A stretch of 63,127 nucleotides of DNA, counting the filler, from Craspedostauros australis (Eukaryota): assembly GCA_030167865.1 (NCBI GenBank). It is 11 parts of 11 records of this genome, joined end to end, with 100 filler letters (N's around TTAATTAATTAA, not from the genome) between each part and the next. Parts side by side here need not be neighbours in the genome. Positions count along the whole stretch, not along the records: positions 1 to 9,576 come from JALAGF010006281.1; positions 9,677 to 18,036 come from JALAGF010006282.1; 9 more parts are not named here. One strand, written 5' to 3'. How positions within the stretch are numbered: the stretch's first letter is position 1; every line of letters begins with the position of its first letter. A program made the position numbers and the translations under genes. The notes beneath the pieces were generated by a model. It saw only the letters and a list, made by a program, of their open reading frames with translations. It searched no databases and had not been told where the DNA came from. Below, piece after piece: positions 1-12,646 of the stretch.

Positions 1-1566
1 CACTTGGGTATCACCATCAACGATCTCTCGCATTCGTTGATCTTCTTCGATGGTCTTGATCGTAGTCGAATCAGTCGGAGATTCGGGTTTTCGATGACCC
101 ACAAAAGAGAACTCTGTTGGGGTGGGAACGTGTTTCCTTCCTTCCTTCCTTCCCTTGTTGTCTGTGTGCATTTCCGTGATGGATGAGAACAAAAGGATCC
201 AAACCGCACAAACCAGAGGGTGTGATCAAGAGGAGGCACAGACAACAAGACGCGTCACTCAACACCACACAAGCCCACACTCGAGCACATCACCAACAGA
301 CATCGAATTGCCACTCATACTACTATTCATCACGCAGTGTATGATACGCGTACTACTACAAGCTATTGAAGACACACCATCGATATCTCTGCCATAGGCA
401 TAATAGCTCAGACCACACACTTCCTCGACAGCCAATCCAACATCAATCGTCCAGCAACCATCGTCCAGCAACCATCGACCATCCTCTCAAAATGCCGAAT
501 GTCACAGACGAACAACTCATTGATGCTGCCGAGGCAGGTGACTTGTGGGTGTTGAAGGAATGGAAGAAGCAGAACAAGACACAGAATGAAGGAGTTGATG
601 TCAACAAGGTTTCAAACGAGATTGGTTGGACTCCCCTTCATTGGGCATGCATGAACGGCCAGCTGGAGTGTGTGAAGTACCTCATCGAATCATGTGGGGC
701 CGACGCCAACTGCAAAGACAACCAAGGTGAAACTCCCCTTCATGGCGCATGCTGCTACGGCCAGCTGGAGTGTGTGAAGTACCTCATCGAATCATGTGGG
801 GCCGACGCCAACTGCAAAGACAACCAAGGTGAAACTCCCCTTCATTGGGCATGCCGCTACGGCCAGATGGAGTGTGTGAAGTACCTCATCGAATCATGTG
901 GGGCGAACATCAACTGCCGAAACTACTATGGTCTCACTCCCCTTCATCACGCATGCGACAACGGCCACCTGGAGTGTGTCAAGTACCTCATCGAATCATG
1001 TGAGGCGAACATCAACTGCAAAGACAAATGTGGTCTCACTCCCCTTCATTACGCATGCCACTACGGCCAGCTGGAGTGTGTGAAGTACCTCATCGAATCA
1101 TGTGGGGCAAACATCAACTGCAAAGACGACTATGGTCACACTCCCCTTCATGACGCATGCCACTACGGCCACCTGGAGTGTGTGGAGTACCTCATCAGAT
1201 CATGTGGGGCAAACATCAACTGCCAAAACAACAATGGTGACACTCCCCTTCATGTGGCGTGCGCCAACGGCAAGCTAGAGTGTATCGAGTCCCTCATTAG
1301 AGGACTTTCGCCTTCAGCTCACCCACAATTGCAACAACTGCAACAATGCTTACAACAAAACGAACAAGCAAATGAACAGCCACAAGAACAGTTGAGACAG
1401 CAGTTGAAGCGAAAGAGCCAAGAGAATGAACACAAGCACAGCAGCCACAAGAGGACCAACGTCAGCATTGGAGAAGACCGACCCAAATCCTTCTAAACTG
1501 GGAACAGGACAGACACCATCTTCTTGTGTGGACAGGGCAACTAACAGCAACCAATCAAGACAAACG
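1..1566 (+). repeat. Copy 1 of a diverged segmental duplication (partner 7976-9576)
   Basis: cacttgggta..catcaac at 1 recurs at 7976; upstream region, ankyrin ORF and downstream ..gggaacaggacagac.. are collinear. Confidence 0.9.
492..1496 (+). CDS. Ankyrin-repeat protein (7 TPLH repeats of 34 aa, Gln-rich tail)
   Basis: Repeats TPLHxACxxGxLECVKYLIESCxAxxNCxD; ATG at 492 (MPNVT) matches the paralog start at 8554. Confidence 0.9.
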   Translation: MPNVTDEQLIDAAEAGDLWVLKEWKKQNKTQNEGVDVNKVSNEIGWTPLHWACMNGQLECVKYLIESCGADANCKDNQGETPLHGACCYGQLECVKYLIESCGADANCKDNQGETPLHWACRYGQMECVKYLIESCGANINCRNYYGLTPLHHACDNGHLECVKYLIESCEANINCKDKCGLTPLHYACHYGQLECVKYLIESCGANINCKDDYGHTPLHDACHYGHLECVEYLIRSCGANINCQNNNGDTPLHVACANGKLECIESLIRGLSPSAHPQLQQLQQCLQQNEQANEQPQEQLRQQLKRKSQENEHKHSSHKRTNVSIGEDRPKSF

Positions 1567-2264
1567 CCGAAGTCCTGATGATCACCATCCCATCCATTGA
1601 GACACTGATCGACAAAGGAATCCGACATCAGCACACGAATGATGACACCGAAGACGGCGCGGCTCCATCCAAACAACCATCCCTCTTCCCAACTTTCAAC
1701 CAAAACATGTCCGACACGTCCTCCAATGCATCTACTCAGGCGAGATATCCTTCGGCAACAGCATTCATGACGACACTGACGATGATGACGCAAACCAGCC
1801 AACTCCTACCCTCAATGGACAGGATGACCTACAAACGCTGATCCTTGTGACCAACGAGTTCGGCTTCTGGCGACTCAAGCTTGTTCTTGAATCAGAGCTA
1901 GCGCACAAGCAGTTCACAGAAGACAGCATGATAGATGTGTTGATATTCGCTCATCAGCACAACTGCGTGGTGTTGAAGGATGCAGCAATGAGAATGGCAG
2001 CAGAGAGAGAAAGATATGTTCACTCATCCAGATTTCGGCAAGCTGATTCCACACCATCAACTGATGGGAGGCATTCATATCCTCCGCAGTGGGGAAGCGG
2101 AGAGTGATGGAGTTGATGGTGAGTACAGCCACATGTCCATGGTGGAGCTGTACAAGGTTACGGATCAGGGTGAGAGTACAGCACAAGTGGATTCGTACAT
2201 GGATCGGGCAACATTGGTGGACTTCGTCCGCTCAATGAGAACCAGCCCTATGAGAGCCAATTGA
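1497..2264 (+). pseudogene. Disrupted BTB/POZ-BACK(-SAP-like) C-terminal region of the ankyrin gene
   Basis: Manual translation across stops and frameshifts: TDTIFLCG..AEVL.., IPLPNFQPKHVRHVLQCIYSGEI, LQTLILVTNEFGFWRLKLVLESEL, DSMIDVLIFAHQHNCVVLKDAAM, MSMVELYK..DRATLVDFVR. Confidence 0.7.
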
Positions 2265-2859
2265 TCCGAAGTGATTGTGGTGGACAGCACTGCCGAGGAA
2301 GAGGAGTGAAGTGCCACACCAGACCATGCCATAACAGAAGTCTTCAAGAAGTGAACGCATGACAGAATTGAGTCGATGGATAAAAATAGTCATCAGAATA
2401 GTCATTAGGATAGTAACTATGTGAAAGGAGCTGGAGCAACTTGAGATCCATTCATTCAATGGTGCGTCCGGCATGCCTTCACCGTCGCCTTTGGTGATGT
2501 GCACAGTATGCTGCTCCATGCAGTCCCGTATCGTTCGCAGCACGGCTTGGTTGGGCCGCGAGATGCGCAAGGTCTTCTGTGAATGAATTGCAGATGATCC
2601 TGGTTGGCGTATGGCACGCTGCTGTGCATCATCATTGGCCAATGTGACATGAAGAAGATGGTTCAGCCTCTGCTGTCATCGTCGTGATCGTCGTTGCTGA
2701 TCATATAGTATGGTTTCCGCGTTCGTTGGTGTCGATGATGTGAGCGGAGTTTTTGTGGGAAACGATGGTGGACCCCGCGGGCATCATGCATGGCTTGTAG
2801 GAATCGAATCCAACGTGACGGAGCGGGATGTACTACGGCTGTCAGCTTGTTGTTGGTGG

Positions 2860-3540
2860 TGGTGGCGCTGCTGCAGTTTGTGCATGATGTCGCGCAGGGC
2901 ACAAGCGTATGCCAGCGGTTGCATGGCTTTCGATAGGTATGGCCGACAAAGCTGACGAGCAATGGGAGAAGTTGCCGACGTAATTGCGCACAATTTCTTT
3001 CATTTGTCGATCTGAAAAGACAGTGCCTCTGTCTCATTGATTGCGGTTTGTGTTAGCGACGCATCTCTTTGAGCATCGGTATGAACAGGCGTGGCTGGTT
3101 GTGGTGCATGTAGTGGAAACTGAGGAACATCTCCAAACCGATGGCTCTGCAGGTCTCGGGAAAGTCGCTGCGTCCGATCTTACAGATGCACCCATCCAAT
3201 ATGTGCTGAATCTCCGTTTCAGACAACGCATCGGATGTTTATGTGCGTGCGCGCGGCTGCTGATGATTTGAATCCAGACCGCACCATGGGCCATGACATG
3301 CCTTGCCGTTGCTGTTGGTTCTACTGTTGGCGCTGCGATTTCCCAGGTCCCAAGATCTTCTCTACTCCGGAGCAGTTGGTTTGACATCTTCCTTTCTGAT
3401 GTCGCTGAGTGATGTGACAAGTTTGAGATCGCTGTTCGTCACCGCTCGCCATTCATCATTGGCATCAGCGTCATCATCGTTGGCATCATCACAGTCTCTT
3501 GCCATGACCGCCTTCGTTGATTCTGGTTGGCATGCCATAT
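2860..3540 (-). pseudogene. Possible decayed gene of unknown function
   Basis: One frame reads as protein-like (MACQPESTKAV..EIQHILDGCICKIGRSDF..LEMFLSFHYMH) with three in-frame stops; no family recognised. Confidence 0.3.
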
Positions 3541-3866
3541 TTGCGCAGCCGCCGCTTGCTTGATTACTTCATTGCTTCATTACTTCATTGGAGGATGTCT
3601 CAGTGTTGGCTGATAGCTCCATCAATGCAAACATAGTCATACCGTTTCATCTCTCTCTCTCTCTCTCTTGTTGTGTTGATGTTGTTTGATGGATCGTGGC
3701 GCAAAATCGAAGATTCGTTGTTTCGGGTGGTGTCAAGAATTTTTGGCGCGTTTGTTGAGTACTCGTCTGTCTGTCATCCGTTGTTCATTCAACCAGTGAC
3801 ACACGCACACACTCGCGACGAACATCACCTCACCGTTGTCTTCGTGCAACGAAACTCTGTTCGACG

Positions 3867-6300
3867 ATGACGATGGCGATGGCAACCACTCCAATGACGC
3901 CGCATCCCTTCACATTGGTACCACCACCAACAACACCAACGCAAACGGTCAGACCAACAATCAGACAAGATGATGAGTCATCGACATCCAAGAGGAACTG
4001 TGGGAAGCCTCGCCAGTTGCTCCATACCTTGACCCACCCGTCGTACGACTAAGAGTATTACTATGGAGCCTTCCATGAGTACGATCTACTCTGGGAGTTG
4101 CCACAGCCAAGCGTCCAGCCTGATAGGTACTCTGTTCAAACCTTTGTGCGGACATGAGGTCATGACCATCGAAGTTGCTGGAAGAGGACGGTGTCAGACT
4201 GATAGCAGAGAAGCAAACGGAGACCAAGCAACTGCAACAGGAGGCTGACACGAAATCGAAGGCGAGCAAGCTCACCGGTGTCGCCAAAGAGGCCAAAGCA
4301 GCTGCAAATCAGGTCGTCGTGCGAGTGTCAGCACAGATGCACCAAGCAGGGCCAGTAGAAACACAGCAAAAGATGCGAAAGCTTCGGCTGTGAAACGATC
4401 ACGTGCGAAGAGTCTGGACATGCTCAACATGCAAGATCACGAGATGTCATTCGGCTCCCTTGATTCCAGCAAGTTCAACGACAACAAACCAATGCCGGTG
4501 CCAAACACCCCAGGTGGACTCAGCTTCGCCACAGCCCCAGCACTTGGCGCAACCCGCGAATGGAGCAGCCAAGACAAGACGAAGGTTGTCCAGAGTCGGA
4601 GATACAGGCCAAGGCCAAGAACGAATTCCAACGGAACGACCAGTAGCGACAAATCGAGGAGCAAGAGTTTGGAATTCTTGAAGGATGGACACCACATGCC
4701 AGGCACAACATACACATCAGACATACCAGGCGCGATGAGTGCAGCCAGCATCCCAGATCTATCTCGAGTTGCGACAACGGAGACGTCACGCAGTGAGAGC
4801 CTGGAGTCACTGTCCAATCTGCCAAGTCTCCACGACAGCGTCGGCGTTGCGACAAGTGCTGCTGCAATGAATGGTGGGAGAAGCTCCGCAGCTCCTGTCA
4901 TGCCTGGAGGTTGGAGCGCGGCATCTACACCAGCCCCCTTCAGCCGCACACATGAAAAGAGACAACAGTCTTCGTCGTTGAACAAGCGCAGGTCAACGTT
5001 GGAAAGTATCCTCAAGGCCAAACGATCACCATTACGTGAAGTGTCGTTGACCAATCCTGCCAAATCGAAGCAACAACCATCTCTCGAATCCCGATCATCA
5101 CAATTGGCTGATGTTGCCTTGACCAAAGCATCCGCAAAGGCACCGTCATCGTCGCCATCATTAACACAGTCCAAATCCAAACTCAATCTTCAACAGTTCG
5201 AACGCGAACACGAACACGGAGGTGTTTCAGCCACACCCCAAGCCTCATCCAATCCTGGAGCCTTGAGTTTGGGAATCGAATGGCAATCGAGCAAGAAGGA
5301 CCAGGTGACTCCTTCTCGCAACAGATCCGCACGCAGTTCGTTGCACCCAAGCGAAGACTCAAAGCAACGACGTTCACGCGGACGAAGCACGGGTGGTCTG
5401 CGCGATGAGAAGCGATCAAGGAAAGGATCTCCAAGGTGGTTGGCAATGGGCCCCGACGTCACCACTCCAGCAAAACAAGAGACTCGTCATCACCATCGAT
5501 ACTACCATCGATATTACCATCGAAATCACCGTCGCCACGGCATCGGCGGAGAAGCGCACAGCACACCAGTGGCAAACCGCACGCGACATCGTCAAGATCA
5601 AAGAGTGTGGAGCGTTCGCCATCATTGTGTCATCGTCGCGACGGAGAAATTCACACGTCTTTCTCTGGAAGAAGCTGCCGCTCGCCATTGGTGCGGAGTC
5701 GTCGAAGAACTGCGCAAGTATCGATGGACTCATCGCCATCATCACGGCGACAACGAACACCTGGCAGCTCGGATGATATGAACGCAGCCTCGCGTTCACG
5801 CGAAGCCAACTCAAATGCGCACTCCACCGGTACTGGTTTGTAACAGCGCAAGGGTTCACCTTCCAGAAAGCATGCCCGGGGAAGTTCGCGAAGACTAAAT
5901 CAATGTGGCCATAGCCAATCGACACCACGTGGCGAAGATGGGCGAAGATCAGCGAAGGAGGTTCTCCGATGGACGATCACCATCGGCGCGACAACGAAAC
6001 AGATCAAGAGGATATCGAAATGACAGCGTCGAACGGCACAGCAATGAGCGAGGTGAAAATGGACGGCATTGCAACAAACGTCCGTCATCACGCGGGGCCC
6101 TTCAATCAAATCGCCGTGGACGAAGCAGATCGTCGACACGCGATGCTGTCTACCATGAGAAGATATCTGACACAAAGCCACTGCAACTCACGCCAAAGAA
6201 AGCGGTCAGGAGCAAGAGAGCGTCTCAGTACCGCGATCGCTTGATGAATGGTACCAAAACTCCCACCCGTGAGGCATCACGATACGATGGGAGTAAATGA
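3867..6300 (+). pseudogene. Frameshifted Ser/Arg-rich disordered protein gene (core ORF 4390-5781)
   Basis: Chain of overlapping same-strand ORFs (4063, 4175, 4390, 5436, 5905) with similar low-complexity composition and repeated SRSKSLE/MPG motifs. Confidence 0.45.
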
Positions 6301-7975
6301 GATGTGTGGGCCGCTCCGTATTTGTATCATACTCATAGAGCTGTGGTAGACTCACGTCGCTGTAATGTAATACACCTACGAATGGATTGTAATGTTCTAT
6401 GATATGTAGGATTGGAACAGTACCGCATGCACTATATCTGCTTGCGCAATAGAACGCTGTGATGAAGTCACTGGACGTTTCTAGAGATTGAAGGGCTGGA
6501 TACTGCTCCTACACTGCCTCCACCTTGTGCACGACTTGTCTGGTCCGCTCTCTACAATACAAACGCACACAGGGATGTTGCCGATGTCATTTATGAGCAG
6601 ATTAGACGTCCGTGGTTCCATCCATACTCCGCCATCAGCATCGTTGTTGGTTCATTGCGCAGACAATGGACACATGGCAGCAGCATGTTCACAAGCCGTG
6701 CGGTCGTCGCAGTGCGGTCGTCACCGTGCCACCGGATTCGCACACAGAGCACTCCAAGTCACACACTGCCAAGCAGATGCAAAGCAACAGTGCCGATGCC
6801 AGTCGATCCAAGTTGCTGGAAGAGACGATCTACGAAGAACACATGACGAACAAGGCAGAGGAAAATGATGAGAAGCCGCGAGGAGCGTGGTTGCTGCGCG
6901 GTTCCATCGACCGTCCCGTATCACGCCATTGTCCTCATCTCTCCATGAGTTGCACTCCCACCATTGTGCCAAAACTGCAATCGAGACCCTCGCCAAGTCC
7001 CAGGAGGAGTGATCACTCGCCGTTGAAGCAACAAATGCCAGGGTCACCATCCATTCCAATCTTCGAAGCGACCAGTGCCAGCATGGCGGAAAGACAAGAA
7101 CCGACGAGCCAGTGCAGTCCAAGCATCCAGAGAGCTTGACGAGCAACAGAAGAAACCAACGAATCAACCAACCAACAAGCAACCCCATGCAGAGTGCGAG
7201 TACTGTATTGCGGATCATGGTTGACACAGAGTTCCATACAGCACAAGAAGCATGCGGTCAGCGATCCATGGCCCATGAGCACGGTATCCCCACATGTCCT
7301 CCTTCGTGGTGCTCCCAACTTCGTTGATGAGACGGATGTTCCTGTCGATCACCTCGGTTGAGCATCGATGCTCTGGGAGTCACGAGCCAAGATGGCGGTG
7401 CTTCTGCCTGTGGATAGAACGTGCATGGTATTGTATGTTGGTGGTCCATGCAGCAGGAACAGTGGAGGCGGCACGGTATCACTCTGCTTGTTGATTGCTG
7501 AACATGTCAACCCATTCCAATGCGCAATGTGGTGCTGGTTTGATGTTGAGGACTCTTGTTGCCTGTGCGGATGGTGATGCTTGCAACGCAGTGGGATGGC
7601 AACCAGCCAAATCCAAATGAGATGTGTCGCAGCCAACACAAGCAATCAACGAAAGCAGTCACATCGGTGGCTTCATCTTTGTCCGAGGCGTTGCTTCGCG
7701 CCTCAAGTTGGTACTTGTGATGGCAGGCGGACGAGGGTCAGCGGTCTTGCAGATGCCACGATGACGCAAGCAATCGTGGGTCATGGTGTACATGGTGGTG
7801 ATGATGATGATGATGACAGCTCCCTCTCCCTCTGTCTCTCTGTCTCCAAAGACTTTCACGTTGTTTGCTTCGAACCGATGTGGTGTTGATTGTGACTGAA
7901 GTCGAGTTGTCGGAGGCAGACTCAAGGCCGAAAGACCGTTCAGACCAATGGAAACACCCAACGACCATTTCGAAC

Positions 7976-9367
7976 CACTTGGGTATGACCATCAACAATC
8001 TTTCGCATTCGTTGTGCTTCGACAGATGTCAACACAGTCATTGATCTTCTTCGGTGATCTGACTCATAGTCGTATCAGTCGAAGATTCTCGTTTTCGACA
8101 ATGCCACACAACAGAACCCTGTTGTTGTCAGAACCCTCTGTTGTCTTCCTTCTTGTTGTTGTTGTTCATGTACGACTACTACTAGTCGTAGAAGTAGTAG
8201 TACATACTCGTGATGGATGGGAACAGGAGGATCCAAGCCGCACGAACCAGAGAGGGGTGCGATCAAGAGAAGGAGGCAAACACGATGATGCTTGTGCACA
8301 AAGAGAGAGAGGACATGTGCGAACAAGACAGCAACAACACACCACACAACCCCATACTCCAGCACATCAACAACAGACATCGAATCGCCACTCGTACTAC
8401 ATTCATCACGCAGTGTATGATACGCGTACTACTACAACCTATTGAAGACACACCATCGATATCTCTGCCTCATAGTAGATAGCTCAGACCACACACTTCC
8501 TCGACAGCCAATCCAACGCCAAAAGACCACCAACCATCAACCATCCTCTCAACATGCCGAATGTTACGAACCAACAACTCCGTGATGCTGCTGGGGAAGG
8601 TGACTTGTCGGTGTTGAAGGAATGGAAGAAGCAGAGCATGACGCAGAATGAAGGAGTTGATGTCAACAAGGTTACAGGCAGGAGAGGTCGGACTCCCCTT
8701 CATCACGCATGCTCCAACGGCCAGTTGGAGTGTGTGAAGTACCTCATCGAATCATGTGAGGCGAACATCAACTGCCAAGACAACAATGGTTCCACTCCCC
8801 TTCATGTGGCATGCTTCAACGGCCAGCTGGAGTGTGTGAAGTATCTCATTGAATCATGCAGGGCTGACATCAAGTGCCAAAACAACGATGGTCGGACTCC
8901 CCTTCATCACGCATGCCGCAACGGCCAGCTGGAGTGTGTGAAGTACCTCATTGAATCATGTGAGGCGAACATCAACTGCCAAGACAGCGATGGTTCCACT
9001 CCCCTTCATGAGGCATGCCACAACGGCCAGCTGGAGTGCGTGGAGTACCTCATCGAATCATGCAGGGCTGACATCAACTGTAAAACCAACCATGGTTCCA
9101 CTCCCCTTCATTGGGCATGCTACAACGGCCACCTGGAGTGCGTGGAGTACCTCACCGAATCATGTGAGGCGGACATCAACTGCAAAGATGACGATGGTGA
9201 CACTCCCCTTCATTGGGCATGCAACAATGGCAAGCTGGAGTGTATCGAGTCCCTCATTAGAGGACTTTCGCCTTCAGTTCACCCACAACTGCAACAACGC
9301 TTGCAACAAAACGAGCAAGAGAATGAACAACCACAAGAACAGTTGGGACAGCAGTTGAAGCCGAAGG

Positions 9368-9401
<34 letters not shown>

Positions 9402-9576
9402 GTCGAGACACCAGTTGAAGCGGAAGAAGCAAGAGAATGAACACAAACACAGTAACCACAAGAGGACCAACGTCAGCATTTGAGAAGACCGCCTCAGATC
9501 TTTCTAAACTGGGAACAGGACAGACAACATCTTCTTGTGTGGACAAGGCGACGAACAGCAACTAACCAAGGCAAAC
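7976..9576 (+). repeat. Copy 2 of the segmental duplication (partner 1-1566)
   Basis: Collinear similarity to 1-1566, running to the scaffold end. Confidence 0.9.
8554..9483 (+). CDS. Ankyrin-repeat protein paralog (6 TPLH repeats, poly-Q tail)
   Basis: Same 34-aa repeat; (CAA)10 at 9370-9399; stop is TGA where the paralog has GGA. Confidence 0.88.
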
Positions 9577-9676
9577 NNNNNNNNNNNNNNNNNNNNNNNN
9601 NNNNNNNNNNNNNNNNNNNNTTAATTAATTAANNNNNNNNNNNNNNNNNNNNNNNNNNNNNNNNNNNNNNNNNNNN
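9577..9676. other. Artificial scaffold linker N-TTAATTAATTAA-N (also 18037, 28772, 32188, 45471, 47080, 52330, 56018, 58167, 61403)
   Basis: Identical 100-bp six-frame-stop spacer occurs ten times. Confidence 0.97.
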
Positions 9677-10267
9677 ACCAAGACAGACAGCCTGTCCTCC
9701 TATGACATCAACACCACGACAATGCAAAACAGTGAGTCCTGACCCGAACCGACAAGACACCATATTGGTCGGTGAGGTATTGTCAGAAGGGACGCATGGG
9801 CAGTGGGTAGGAATCGTATCCCAATTGAAGAAACAGAAACAAGTGATGCATGTGCTCCTGACGTACAAGACCAATCGTATCGTATGACTGGACAACAAGA
9901 AAGAGTCAGAAGAGCAATCAAGACCGATCAATCGTAAAACAGGTGGAGTCAAAGACAACAAGGGATTGAGACGAAACTTGTGACGAGATGGATGCATGAC
10001 TGCAGATCGTATCGCATGAGTGTAGGCGAGAATGAATTTGAGGATATGCATGAAGAAGATACTTGATGAGAGACATCACGAGATATACATGATGAAAAGG
10101 GTACGATGGCAATCATGAATACAGCAGTATCGCATGATGTTGCTACAGAGTATGCCTGATATGAATCTGAAATCGAAAGAGATGATGAGATCGAGCTCAC
10201 AGTTCTAAAACGGTACGATCTAATAACAGCTTAGATTCTTACTAACTATAACCCCGGATTTCCAACA
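9677..10267 (+). mobile_element. Partial LTR, family A (3' end ..CCCCGGATTTCCAACA)
   Basis: Terminal ctcacagttctaaaacggtac..taaccccggatttccaaca shared with copies ending at 26441 and 46519; same ..accccggatttccaaca end at 51799. Confidence 0.75.
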
Positions 10268-10504
10268 CCCTCGTCTGATTCTGACTGTTCTGCACCGTCC
10301 GGTACTTAGATTAGTCGTGGATAAATAAGACAATGTCTCATTCGACTCGATAGACTACATTATCACCAGTTTCGTGGGTTCATGTTTCAATCCTGTGGAC
10401 ACACATTTACATATTGATTATAACGGTCAACTCAAACCTATAACGTTCAGAGAGCAGGACAGACCAACCAACACGGAACGCTTGAGTGTCTTCCTGTCAC
10501 CGTT

Positions 10505-11718
10505 TGTCGAGATGTACATGCCTTATGCCAGCAGACGATTGAGGGATAATTGTAGATTATGATTACCTTCCTTCCTTCTTGCCTCCACCTGCTCTACTTC
10601 GCGTTACTCCACAAGTAGCGCACTCTGCCAGGCCGCCTCTGCTTACTCCGTGCCTGTTCCAAGAACCACGCCTGAATTCCAAACCTGCGCCACCTGGTCG
10701 CTCATTTACTTGCTTCCATGTTTTGGCATCAAGTTTGGTGGTGGCATGTTTCCATATGTTGGCACCGCAGTTACAACTGAGTCGAGTCTCGCATGGTTGG
10801 ACTCGACTGACTGGTCTCAGTCACGGACGTTACTGGAATCGATCCAGTACTGGCAACAGTAGATACATGACTGGACTCAATTGGGAGACTAGGATATTCT
10901 AGCTAGTTATCAATCTAGGTCAGTACATGTGAGTATATGTCGAGATGTACGTGTATATGTGCATCGTTCACCCGTTATTCTCTCATACGCACTTGGACGG
11001 TATAACTACATTCGTGTCGATAGTATGCTGTGATTCGTCAGAATTACAGTGGAAATGGAACACACAAAAATGAGCAGAATTTCTGGAGGACATTTGCAAT
11101 CGACGATTTCTGAGAGAATTGGAAATCTCGTCCGTCCATCCATCAATGGAAACGTATGGTATCGAGCGAAACTCGATGTACCTCCCAACTAAACCTCAGA
11201 TGACGATATCATCTGACAGACCATTCCATCATCGATAGAACGTGACATCTGGAGAGCAGAAGGACAACAGCTGACATTGACAGAATGTCATCATTTCACC
11301 ATGTTGACATCTGTCTCCATGTCAGAAGCAGGAGGCGAAGATCCGATGACCGAAGGACATCAGGATCATGGATACGAGAGGTGAAGTTCAAATGGTAAGT
11401 ACTCATGGAGTAGGAACCAGTAGTGAACGAACAGAGTGTCGAATGCGGAGTACGCATCGAACACGGAGTATCGTGTAACATGAACACGCGATATTGAGAG
11501 AGAGAGAGAATACGAAGAGCAGCAAGAGAGCATCTCGCACACCGACTCATAGTCGGAGACTGAATCTACGAAATAGATAAACGCGCCGAGAGCATCGGGC
11601 AAGAGAGAGAGAACACCGAGAGGATCGGAGTGCCAACTTCATGAAATAGCAAACGAATGACTATCAACCAATACCATCTTCCACGATCGTAGGCTTCCAA
11701 TCACGGAACTTGCCAACA
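10505..11718 (+). mobile_element. LTR-like element, family B (TGTCGAGATG..TTGCCAACA), interrupted by a nested solo LTR
   Basis: Inverted ~800-bp copy at 26543-27345 and partial copy at 17955-18036; TG..CA ends. Confidence 0.8.
10519..10922. mobile_element. Solo LTR (404 bp, TG..CA) with 5-bp TSD GTACA
   Basis: GTACA at 10514-10518 and 10923-10927; absent from other family B copies. Confidence 0.85.
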
Positions 11719-11865
11719 AAGGAGCATGTAGCTCACATTTCCTGTCACAAAGATCCAAAGGTGGGATCTGCGGTAATATACCATTTCACAACGCTCGACT
11801 CCACCCTCTTGAGAGGTGCGGCAATTTGGTGTTTCACAACACCCGATTCCTGACACCCTTCGTCC
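11719..11865 (-). mobile_element. 5' part of a family A LTR with preceding purine tract
   Basis: Minus strand reads GGACGAAGGG|TGTCAGGAATCGGG at 11855, like GGAAGGG|TGTCAGGAATCGGGGG at 50981. Confidence 0.55.
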
Positions 11866-12646
11866 ACGCTCATCAACACGGAGACTCCGACAGAACTCCA
11901 CCGAAGACGGCAACACGCTCCGCGATGCTGGGCAGTCCACGATACTGAACACTCCACGGTGTGCGGATACACGCCACGAACCCACGCACAACAACGATTG
12001 GTTCTTCATGAGATACTATGCTTGATGTTGCAATTTCGGTCGATACCACGAAGGCATGGTACCTTTTCGAAGTGTTGTTCACAACTTCGAAAAGAAGAGA
12101 ATCGTCACATCCCTACAACTGTGTCAAGTCATTGCTGAATGACAAATTTGTCACATGAGGGGCCCAAAATCTCACTCAGGAGATTCCCAGTGAGATTTCT
12201 CCTCATCTGAAGAACAAGAACCCCAGACCTGCGATCCCAGACACAGGGCACCACGCTCGCGCGTGTTGAGCGTCGTAGCTGCACAGTAAAACGCATCAGT
12301 CTTGGAGTGTTGATGCCAGGGCGACGCCCACATAGGCGCAGGCCAATTCACCTATCATAGCATGACAAGTCGCAAGGAAGAAGTGATACTCTACTCGGGC
12401 GTACAAATTTCAGGACTAGACCACTCTCGCACCCACGCACGCCCAATCAAAATTCGAAAAGATGGTTGATCCTGCAAAACGCATTCAGCTCTCGTTCCCT
12501 ACCAGTGTCAATGACCTGATTGTGTTCCAACCACAAGCCCAGGTACCGATTCATCGTTTGTGTTCTTCCGTTGACGTGATCAAGATCCCCGTGCATTTTC
12601 CAGCGCTCTACTCCAAGAGTGTTCTGTTACCGAATGAGTTGTGGCG

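Noticed and set aside
630..1300. Regularly spaced actccccttcat repeats as a CRISPR array
   Set aside because: 102-bp period inside an open ankyrin ORF, the 'spacers' are homologous, and there are no cas genes
6488..7330. Gene related to the 3867-6300 region
   Set aside because: Only a short shared stretch (aagttgctggaagag) and fragmented ORFs; not enough to annotate
9621..9632. Recurring TTAATTAATTAA palindrome
   Set aside because: Always centred in a 100-bp N spacer; an artificial linker, so adjacency across it has no biological meaning
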